Shown piece after piece: positions 1-7,244 of a stretch of 29,807 nucleotides of DNA. Under the pieces are notes generated by a model. It made no database searches, had not been told where the DNA came from, and worked only from the letters and a program-made list of their open reading frames with translations. The number at the start of each line of letters is the position of its first letter. Positions within the stretch are counted from its first letter, which is position 1. Source of the stretch: a virus (lineage: Duplodnaviria > Caudoviricetes); IMG/VR virus record IMGVR_UViG_3300036796_000269, positions 1 through 29,807 of that record; one strand, given 5' to 3'. The translations under genes were made by a program, and so were the position numbers.

Positions 1-222
1 TCACATCCAGTGGATCTGCTGCTGGCCTGATTGGGTCGGGTGCGGCGGCGCTGGCACGACTTCACCCGGCGATACAATGAAACGCTCGACCGTCTCAGTG
101 GTCACAAACGTTGCGCTGCAGTTGATGTTTGTGCACTGGTGATAACGCTCCTTGGTCGTGTCAGTAAAATACCGACTCGTGCGGGCGTGAGCGGCGAAAT
201 GGCATTTTGGGCAGTGAAACAT
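1..222 (-). CDS. ogr: Ogr/Delta-family zinc-finger late transcription activator
   Basis: MFHCPKC...RTSRY...KERYHQCTNINCSATF has the Cx2C...Cx4C Ogr signature. ATG at 222 preferred over GTG at 231 because GAGGTG (234-229) is a well-spaced RBS. Confidence 0.95.
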   Translation of the reverse strand: MFHCPKCHFAAHARTSRYFTDTTKERYHQCTNINCSATFVTTETVERFIVSPGEVVPAPPHPTQSGQQQIHWM

Positions 223-254
223 GACGAGCACCTCATTTAATTTCCGATGCGCTA

Positions 255-283
255 ATTTTACTCAATTTATCATTACATAACAA
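255..283 (-). promoter_or_regulatory. Putative sigma70 promoter of ogr
   Basis: Minus strand TTGTTA(283-278)-N17-TAAAAT(260-255) in the D-ogr intergenic region. Confidence 0.6.
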
Positions 284-298
284 ATAGTTAAATGCATG

Positions 299-1468
299 CT
301 ACTGAGTTAACTCTTCGCTTTCGTACTCCACGTCCGAAACCTTAACCTCAAGCTCTAAGCCCGTCGTGTAGCCGCTCCCGTTGAGGTTATGCACCACCCG
401 GCTGATTATCCATGCCTGCTCGTCTATAACGCGCTTAAAGCCTTTCACCGCGATGGGCGTTTCAGGAAATAAATCTGCCCGGCCAATCGCCAGCGAGATT
501 GAAAACTCCGCAACGCCTCGCTGCAGCTTGTCCCACTTCGCCTGAGCGGCGCGCATGGCCTGCGCCTTTGTCGCGTAGATGGTTGTAAGCTCCAGCACGT
601 TGTCAGCCTCACCGGCCATGTACTCACCCTCGCGCGCTTCCTGCTCTTTTTGGGATTTAATCTTTGCCGGGGCTTTTGTCGCTTTCGGGTGCTGCAGCGC
701 GCGGAGGTGCTTCTCTTTTGGCTTACGCTTGAGCTTCACCTTTTGCTTTTGCGGCTTCGGGTCTTTGGTGTGCAGCCATTTTGCCGACACGCCGGTGTAG
801 GCTTCCCGGTCAGCAATGGCAAACTGATGACGATCGCCATCCCCGCGCTCAAGCGTCATGTGCGGTATGGGCTTCCCGCTGGCCGTCTTACCGCTCCCCG
901 CCTTCAGGAATAACAGTTTTCCCGCTTTTACCGAAACCGACGCCCCGTTCCGGTCAGCCAGGCGGGACAGAAACACCGCGTCGGATTCCTGCGACTGGTC
1001 AATGTGAGGCACGGCGACGGCTTTCAGGGTGTCGGCCACGCTGGCCGTCAGCTTATTTCGTGCCGCAATCGTCTCCACAATTTGCCCGAGCGTGGTGTCA
1101 TGCCATGACTGTTCCCGGCGCGAGTTCAGCGTACCGCGAAAATCGGCGCTTCGCCCCCGGATGGTCAGCGTATCAGGTGCGCCCCTGTGCTCGATTTCGT
1201 CGAAAGTGAACGTCCCTTTTTTTATCAGCGCGGATCCCTGCCAGCCTAACCACAGCGTCAACGTTGCTCCGCGCGGTGGCAAAGCTATCTGGCCGTCGGT
1301 GTCATCGAGCTCGATATCGAGCTGGTCGGCCTCGAATCCGCGATTATCGGTCATGGTCAGGCTGATAAGGCGGTCACTAAAATCCTGGGTGATATCGTCG
1401 TTATCGAGCTTGAGCATAAACGCCGGGGCAATCTTCGCCCCGGCCTGAATATCCATTCCTGTAATCAT
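299..1468 (-). CDS. D: Late control / baseplate hub protein gpD
   Basis: 389 aa; RLISLTMTDNRGFEADQLDIELDD and HIDQSQESDAVFLSRLA are typical of P2 gpD; position next to ogr. Confidence 0.95.
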   Translation of the reverse strand: MITGMDIQAGAKIAPAFMLKLDNDDITQDFSDRLISLTMTDNRGFEADQLDIELDDTDGQIALPPRGATLTLWLGWQGSALIKKGTFTFDEIEHRGAPDTLTIRGRSADFRGTLNSRREQSWHDTTLGQIVETIAARNKLTASVADTLKAVAVPHIDQSQESDAVFLSRLADRNGASVSVKAGKLLFLKAGSGKTASGKPIPHMTLERGDGDRHQFAIADREAYTGVSAKWLHTKDPKPQKQKVKLKRKPKEKHLRALQHPKATKAPAKIKSQKEQEAREGEYMAGEADNVLELTTIYATKAQAMRAAQAKWDKLQRGVAEFSISLAIGRADLFPETPIAVKGFKRVIDEQAWIISRVVHNLNGSGYTTGLELEVKVSDVEYESEELTQ

Positions 1469-1929
1469 CCCGCCAGCCCTCCCAGCCAGTTACCGGCAGA
1501 CGTCACCAGATTCTCGGCCTGCGTTTTCAGGTCGCCGTAAATCGCCGCGAGCGACTCATCGACCCGTTTCAGCGAGAGGCTAAACTCGATTTTTCTGGCC
1601 GCGCCGTCAATAAATAATTCGCTGTGCGTGTGGGTCACTTTATCGATGACATACATGCCGTGGATCATGCCCGTTCCGTCAATCAGCGGCCACGCCCTGC
1701 CTTCGTCGGCCATCAGCTCGATGGCGGTCAGTGAGAGGCGACCGCCGGTGATCTCGGGGTAAAGCACGCCCGAAAGCGTGCGCGAGGTTTCCCCCTCCCC
1801 GAGAAACTGATAGGCCGGTGGTTTGCCGATGCGGTCATTTGACGCCCAGCGGTAGTCCTTCGAATACTGCATTGACTGATGCGGCAGCGTGCGGCGCTCA
1901 AATACAAATAAACCCAGTACCATTAACAT
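1465..1929 (-). CDS. U: Tail protein gpU (tube initiator)
   Basis: 154 aa; MLMVLGLFVF...YQFLGEGETSRTLSGVLYPEITGG; between T and D. Confidence 0.93.
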   Translation of the reverse strand: MLMVLGLFVFERRTLPHQSMQYSKDYRWASNDRIGKPPAYQFLGEGETSRTLSGVLYPEITGGRLSLTAIELMADEGRAWPLIDGTGMIHGMYVIDKVTHTHSELFIDGAARKIEFSLSLKRVDESLAAIYGDLKTQAENLVTSAGNWLGGLAG

Positions 1930-1939
1930 GCTTTAGCCC

Positions 1940-4390
1940 TCATCCGTCATGGCGCATACTTGAGCGCTGGCGCGCTCTTTCTTCCCGGTCGAGTTTTTCG
2001 ACCGCTTCACGCAGCTGTCGATCAAGGTCAGTTCCCGGCGCAACGCCACCCGGCAGATTAATATTGTATTCCCGCTTGCTCTGGTCGATGTAAGAGCGGC
2101 CAGCAGGAGCCGTCACCGGCTGATAAGCCTGATAGCCACCATAGGCAGAGGTCGTCGGAATGTAAGACCGGGTTTGCGTACCGGCAGCGGCACTTGCTTT
2201 CGCTGCAGTCTGGTCAAGGTCGCCCGACTCTTTTTTGATAACACCGAGCTTTTCGAGCAGCCAGTCAACACCACTTCGTAACTTATTGAATGAGCGGAGC
2301 GGCAACATCAGCGCATCTGCCAGCAATTTACCGACAACCACACCTGCATTTTTGAAACGGTCGAGCGTTTCCTGCGTTGCCTTAACCGGCGCTATCAGGT
2401 CAGTGAACCACTGCCAGACCCCGCGCAGTTTTTCGATGATGGAATCAAACATCGGCGCGAGCGGCGAGAAGATTTCAGCCACCGGCGCAAAGGCCGCTTT
2501 AAGCTCCTCCACCACACCCGAAAAGAATGCGCTTATTGGCTCCCAGTATTTACGGATAAGTAGCGCCCCGGCTACCATGGCAGCGACCACCGCGACCACC
2601 GGCAGACTGATAGCCCCCAGCGCCGCAACAATCGCACTGCCTGCAGTGCTGAAAACGACGCTCAGCACACCGGCTGCAGCAATAATCCCGTTAATCCCGG
2701 CGATGACCGGCCACGCAATCAGGCCAATCCCTCCCAGCACGCCGACCAGCGCCAGCCCACCGGCGACAAGATTAAACAGGGTTTGCGTCAGTTCAGGGTT
2801 AGCTTTCGCCCATGCTGAAACCTTACCAAGCCACTCAGTCGCGGAAACCGTCAGGCGGCGCAGTGCTGAGTTTTCTTTGTCGAATACCTCAATCAGCAGC
2901 TCTTCCCATGCTGACTGCAGGTTTTTAAGATCGCCGTCGAGGTTGTCAGTCTGAATTTTCGCAATGCGTTCGGTCGTGCCTTTAGAATCCCGGATTTGCT
3001 GGCGCTTGTTATCGAGCGAACCATCACCGGCAGCGGCGACGAGTTTAATCGCGCCTTTCATGGCCTCTTCACCGAAAATCACTTTCAGATATTCGCCCTG
3101 CTCTGCGGTGCCGAGCTTGTTTTTCGCAAAGGACTTGTGAATATCTTTAAGGATTTTCTCGACCGGCAGCATGTTCCCTTTAGAGTCACGGGTTTTCACG
3201 CCTAATTCTGAAATGGCCTCATCGGCCTTACCCATAGGAGCCTGCAGACGGTTGAAAATGGCACTCGCGCCCGTACCGGCCATCGAGCCTTTAATCCCGT
3301 TATCCGCCAGAATGCCGAGCATGGCGGTCGTATCTTCGATGCTCGCACCTGCAGCCTCAGCAATTGGCGCGACATATTTCATCGCCTCGCCCAGCTCGAC
3401 GAGACCGGTGTTTGATGACGTAAAGCCTTTCGTCATCACATCCGCGACGCGCTCAATCTCGGTGGTCGGCAGGTTAAATGCCGACTGCATGTTAGTGATA
3501 ATGTCGGCGGCTTCTGCGATATCCACATCGGCCGCGAGGCTGAGGTTTACGGTCGAACCGGTTGCAGCCAGCACGTCATCGGCGTTATAGCCCGAGCGTG
3601 CGAGCGTGGTCTGCGTGCGCGCTACATCACCCGGCGAAAAGGCGGTTGTCGCACCGATATCTCGCGCCTGTTGACGAATGGCCGCGAGCTTATCGTCGCC
3701 CTTATCGAGCCCGAGGATCGCCTGCGTGCCTGACATCTGCTTATCAAAACCGATACCCGGCGCAATAAAGCGTGACGCACCATAAAGCCCGGCGGTCGCC
3801 ACACCAACGCCCACCATCCCGGCATTACGCGCACCGGCGGCGAGCTGTTGCCCGGATTCATAGCGGCTTTTTACCGCGCTGAGTCTGGCCTGTTGCTGAC
3901 TGACGCGCGCCAGTGCATCACGTTGCCGGTTAAGCTGCGCGGTTGTCTCACTGATGCTGGATTTCAGACGGCGCTCGTCTGCCGACAGCGTGCGGGTATT
4001 TATCCCGGCCTGTGCGAGCTCCGTGCGCTGGCGCTGCACCGACTGCCTGAGCCCGTTATATTTGATCTGCAGGTCAGCGGCGGATTTCTTTGCCGCCTCC
4101 ATCGCGCGCGTCTGCGCGTTAGTGGGGTTTTCGGTGTTTTTAAACTGGACGGCCAGCGCTGCGGCCTCCTGTTTCGCTTTGTTAAGCGACTGACCGGTCA
4201 CGGCAAGCTGTGCGCTCGCTTTCCTGAATCCGTCAATTCGGGACGCCTGCGCATTCAGATCGCGCAGGGTGTTTTGAGAAGTGCGGATATCGCCAGCAAG
4301 GGATTTACTGGCGCTCTGGATAGCTTTGAGCGGTCGGCTTGCCCGGTCTACTGCGTTAAGCAGCACCTCAAGTCTGACGTTATTGCTCAT
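1940..4390 (-). CDS. T: Tail tape measure protein gpT
   Basis: 816 aa, Ala/Gln-rich helical; starts MSNNVRLEVLLNAVDRASRP; TP901-like core (ELGEAMKYVAP...GILADNGIKGSMAGT) and a hydrophobic segment. Confidence 0.96.
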   Translation of the reverse strand: MSNNVRLEVLLNAVDRASRPLKAIQSASKSLAGDIRTSQNTLRDLNAQASRIDGFRKASAQLAVTGQSLNKAKQEAAALAVQFKNTENPTNAQTRAMEAAKKSAADLQIKYNGLRQSVQRQRTELAQAGINTRTLSADERRLKSSISETTAQLNRQRDALARVSQQQARLSAVKSRYESGQQLAAGARNAGMVGVGVATAGLYGASRFIAPGIGFDKQMSGTQAILGLDKGDDKLAAIRQQARDIGATTAFSPGDVARTQTTLARSGYNADDVLAATGSTVNLSLAADVDIAEAADIITNMQSAFNLPTTEIERVADVMTKGFTSSNTGLVELGEAMKYVAPIAEAAGASIEDTTAMLGILADNGIKGSMAGTGASAIFNRLQAPMGKADEAISELGVKTRDSKGNMLPVEKILKDIHKSFAKNKLGTAEQGEYLKVIFGEEAMKGAIKLVAAAGDGSLDNKRQQIRDSKGTTERIAKIQTDNLDGDLKNLQSAWEELLIEVFDKENSALRRLTVSATEWLGKVSAWAKANPELTQTLFNLVAGGLALVGVLGGIGLIAWPVIAGINGIIAAAGVLSVVFSTAGSAIVAALGAISLPVVAVVAAMVAGALLIRKYWEPISAFFSGVVEELKAAFAPVAEIFSPLAPMFDSIIEKLRGVWQWFTDLIAPVKATQETLDRFKNAGVVVGKLLADALMLPLRSFNKLRSGVDWLLEKLGVIKKESGDLDQTAAKASAAAGTQTRSYIPTTSAYGGYQAYQPVTAPAGRSYIDQSKREYNINLPGGVAPGTDLDRQLREAVEKLDREERARQRSSMRHDG

Positions 4391-4502
4391 GGTGGTTTCC
4401 GCTTCGCTGCAGCGCCTTATCGCGCCATGTGATGAGCTCGGTCACGCTCAGGGAATAAAGCTCTGATGGCGGCCAGTGGAAAATCACCGCGATATCCGCC
4501 AT
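4380..4502 (-). CDS. E': gpE' extension (translated as E+E' via -1 frameshift)
   Basis: Not in the ORF track. Read manually: MADIAVIFHWPPSELYSLSVTELITWRDKALQRSGNHHEQ*, stop TAA at 4382-4380 overlapping the T start; this frame is open back to the slippery site at 4562-4556. Confidence 0.9.
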   Translation of the reverse strand: MADIAVIFHWPPSELYSLSVTELITWRDKALQRSGNHHEQ

Positions 4503-4534
4503 CAGGTCATCGACCGAAAGGTTTTCGGGGAATG

Positions 4535-4828
4535 TCAGCGAGCCGAAGATGGTGACAAAAAACCAACCACCTTACCGGCGAACAAAATCAGGTCTGACGC
4601 TTCCAGACGCATGACCTCATGCTCGGTGAGCGCCGGGTACGTCATACGCGGCAGCACTTTAATCAGCGCATCGACGTCCGAGTTTGCCAGCGAGGCCAGA
4701 CTCACACCGCGCAGGGTTCCCGCGTTGGGTTTCGTGACCGTGACCTGCTCGATTTTCTGCTCACCGCGCATGATGGGATTATCGAGGATCACAATGTTTG
4801 AGTTTTCGGTTTCGTTGATGTTTTCCAT
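4535..4828 (-). CDS. E: Tail assembly chaperone gpE
   Basis: 97 aa; LDNPIMRGEQKIEQVTVTKPNAGTLRGVSL...VVGFLSPSS; between FII and T. Confidence 0.93.
   Translation of the reverse strand: MENINETENSNIVILDNPIMRGEQKIEQVTVTKPNAGTLRGVSLASLANSDVDALIKVLPRMTYPALTEHEVMRLEASDLILFAGKVVGFLSPSSAR
4556..4562 (-). other. Programmed -1 ribosomal frameshift site (TTTTTTG)
   Basis: Minus strand GGT TTT TTG near the end of E, the same T6G motif as P2 E; the -1 frame reads FVTIFGSLTFPENLSVDDLMADIAVIFHW. Confidence 0.88.
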
Positions 4829-4884
4829 GATGTTGGTCTCGTCAAAGTTAAGTGACCGGCCAGCCTGACTGACCGGTTAAGGGG

Positions 4885-5403
4885 TTACAGGCCGATGGCC
4901 TTACGGTGTTCCGCCAGACGGTCGACGCCGTCGACTTTCATCACCATGTTGATAACGTCAATCTCGATGACCTCTTTCCCGTCAATCGTGAGCTGGTAGT
5001 AAGTGCACTCGGTCGAGATTTTGGTCGTGCCGCTTTCGCCCTGTTTGTTTTCGCCGCCGTCATACTCTTTATGACGGCCACGCATGACCACCTCAACGGC
5101 AGAAATTGCGCCGGTGTCATCGCGCTGGTATGAGCCGGTAAAACGCAGCGGCACGCTATCCGCGCCCGGTGACGCGTACTGCGCCCACAGTTCGACGTCA
5201 GGCAGACCGCCGAGCGTCCACTCAAGCGACAGCGCGTCGTCATCGAGGCCGAGGTCAATCGACACCGAGCCCGGCATCCCGCCGCCGCGATATTTCTCAA
5301 GCTTACGGGTCAGCTTTGGCAGGGTGACGGATTCAACGACGCCCATGTAGCTGAGACCGTCGTTAAACATATTCAGGTATTTCAGTTTGCGTGGTAACGC
5401 CAT
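4885..5403 (-). CDS. FII: Major tail tube protein FII
   Basis: 172 aa; MALPRKLKYLNMFNDG...LPKLTRKLEKYRGGGM. Confidence 0.97.
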   Translation of the reverse strand: MALPRKLKYLNMFNDGLSYMGVVESVTLPKLTRKLEKYRGGGMPGSVSIDLGLDDDALSLEWTLGGLPDVELWAQYASPGADSVPLRFTGSYQRDDTGAISAVEVVMRGRHKEYDGGENKQGESGTTKISTECTYYQLTIDGKEVIEIDVINMVMKVDGVDRLAEHRKAIGL

Positions 5404-5415
5404 GCTCTGAGCTCC

Positions 5416-6609
5416 TTAGCTGTTGACCGAGTCTGACAGGTTCGCCAGATAGGTATCGGTGATGCGCTGGCGCAGGGTCAGGTTTTCCAGCGGCGGGACG
5501 GGGGTGTAGTCGTAATCGATATACAGTTTCCCCGCCTTGAGCGTTTCCACGCTGTTTGACTCCGGGTCATACCAGCAGGTGCCGTCAACGATATAACCGT
5601 TGTTTTTCAGCTCGCGGAATTTCGCATTCATACCGGCGACGATGTCGCGGATAAGCGTCGCGGTGACGGGTTTATCAATCGCCCACGCGTGCGCCTCCGC
5701 CATAGTGTCGGCAAGCACCTGCGCCGTGCGGGTGTAGTTTTCAAACAGGAAAAGGGGGTCATCTGAGCAGGTACGGTTGCCCCAGAATTTAAAGCCGTCG
5801 TTACGAATAAGCGTGGTGACACCGGCCTGATTAAGCAGGTTTGCGTCGGTGGCTTTCTCCTGCAAATCCCACGAGACCGAGGCGCTGACGCCGGTGACGC
5901 CATTCACGCCGACGTTAGAGAGCGTTTTGTGCCAGCCGGTCTCCTGGTCGATTTTGGCACGCAGTCCGAGCGCGCGGGCGGTCGCCCATGCAATATCGGT
6001 ATCGTTCGCCGTGGTGTCCCATGCCAGAAAATCAGGGTGAATGACCATCAGCTCGCGCTGGCTGAAATTCTCGCGGTAGGCAATGGCTTCAGAAATGGTC
6101 TTGCAGCCCCATGCGCTGATATAGCCAAACGCGCGCAGGCTCTGACAGGTCGCCGCGAGCGCGGTCGCCACTTCCTGAGAGTCCAGCCCCGGCACGCCGA
6201 GAATGCGCGGCTTAACGCCGGTGACGGTTTTTGCAGCCAGCAGCGCCTTAAGCCCGGTGTATTTGCCGTTTTCGTCGGTCGTGCCGATGATGTTGGAAAT
6301 GGTCTCTTTCTGCGCCGCTTCCGGGTTATCCGGGTCGTCGGTACCTTCGGCAACGCGAACAACCACAACAACCGGCTTGCACTGGTCGGCAATGGCCTGC
6401 AGGGATTTTGACAGGGTGCCAAGCTTACCGGCCTTACCGATAGCATTTTGCACGCTGGTAATCAGCACCGGCTCATTGAGTGGAAAGGTCTTTTCGTCAG
6501 CATCGCTGGCCGTGCAGACCATGCCGATAATGGCCGTCGAGACGGTGGAAATGGTGCGCGTGCCATCGTTAATCTCGATGACCTCGACGCCGTGATGATA
6601 GTCGCCCAT
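5416..6609 (-). CDS. FI: Tail sheath protein FI
   Basis: MGDYHHGVEVIEINDGTR...FWGNRTCSDDPLFLFENYTRTAQV...YDYTPVPPLENLTLRQ. Start set at ATG 6609 (GGAG RBS upstream); the longer ORF-track start runs through the promoter. Confidence 0.96.
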   Translation of the reverse strand: MGDYHHGVEVIEINDGTRTISTVSTAIIGMVCTASDADEKTFPLNEPVLITSVQNAIGKAGKLGTLSKSLQAIADQCKPVVVVVRVAEGTDDPDNPEAAQKETISNIIGTTDENGKYTGLKALLAAKTVTGVKPRILGVPGLDSQEVATALAATCQSLRAFGYISAWGCKTISEAIAYRENFSQRELMVIHPDFLAWDTTANDTDIAWATARALGLRAKIDQETGWHKTLSNVGVNGVTGVSASVSWDLQEKATDANLLNQAGVTTLIRNDGFKFWGNRTCSDDPLFLFENYTRTAQVLADTMAEAHAWAIDKPVTATLIRDIVAGMNAKFRELKNNGYIVDGTCWYDPESNSVETLKAGKLYIDYDYTPVPPLENLTLRQRITDTYLANLSDSVNS

Positions 6610-6680
6610 CTGTTTAACTCCGTGGTTAAGGGGTGCGACTATTTTCGGTTGTGCTGATGGTCTGCGAAACGTAATGCCGT

Positions 6681-6698
6681 TGGGGGGAGTACAGCACA
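6681..6698 (-). promoter_or_regulatory. Ogr-binding box of late promoter pF
   Basis: Minus strand TGT-gctgtactcccc-CCA, one mismatch from the P2 TGT-N12-ACA activator consensus, about 70 nt upstream of FI. Confidence 0.6.
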
Positions 6699-6777
6699 AC
6701 GGGCAGTCAGCCGTCACGATAACCGGCCAGTGTGATTCACGTTTTCAGCGATTAATCAAGGAAAGTCTCTTAAAATT

Positions 6778-6798
6778 AAGCCCGCACAATGCGGGCTT
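6778..6798 (-). terminator. Intrinsic terminator after gene G
   Basis: Perfect 9-bp stem AAGCCCGCA-caa-TGCGGGCTT immediately downstream of the G stop, followed by AATTTT on the minus strand. Confidence 0.75.
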
Positions 6799-6809
6799 GT
6801 TGTTATTCG

Positions 6810-7235
6810 TTATTCGTCCGACGGGGGCTCAGGCCATTCGATTTCAGGTGCCAGAGAAGTATCAATACGACTGAGTTTTACACTGAAAATTTCCCATTCT
6901 TTAAGCCGCTCCATTTCTTCCTCTGACGCAATTTCGTACTTTACCGCCCTCTGCAGAGGCAAAATCATTTCTTCCGCTTTGCTACCGAGACGGCTTTTTT
7001 CTGCCTCCGCTAACGCAGTGTGGTCAATAACCGGATCCGAAAGTAGCGGGGTGCCATCGCTGCCAGAGGTGATCACTTTGCCCCTGCATTGCCCCTCCAG
7101 AAGGGAATTATAAAGTTCTTCACTAATTTCTACGGCATCCTCCGGCCAGCCATCCGGGCTGTTCTCATAAAGTGCTTTCATTGACTCAGGATAAAAGCCG
7201 TTTTCTTTTGCACTCCAGAAATATCTTTCTTTCAT
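6810..7235 (-). CDS. G: Tail fibre assembly chaperone (gpG/Tfa family)
   Basis: 141 aa; YFWSAKENGFYP...WPEDAVEISEE...LQRAVKYEIASEEE...LSRIDTSLAPEIEWPEPP is typical of Tfa; directly after H. Confidence 0.9.
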   Translation of the reverse strand: MKERYFWSAKENGFYPESMKALYENSPDGWPEDAVEISEELYNSLLEGQCRGKVITSGSDGTPLLSDPVIDHTALAEAEKSRLGSKAEEMILPLQRAVKYEIASEEEMERLKEWEIFSVKLSRIDTSLAPEIEWPEPPSDE

Positions 7236-7244
7236 TTTTTTATC

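Noticed and set aside
4855-4879. Intergenic hairpins at FII-E (4855-4879) and O-N (about 18080-18098) as ncRNAs
   Set aside because: Short GC-rich stems inside late operons, more simply explained as mRNA stability or attenuation elements; nothing supports independent RNAs.
6610-6717. N-terminal extensions in the ORF track (FI; likewise R, X, L, A, orf78, int)
   Set aside because: They run through promoters or upstream genes; downstream ATGs have better RBSs and give lengths matching P2 homologues.
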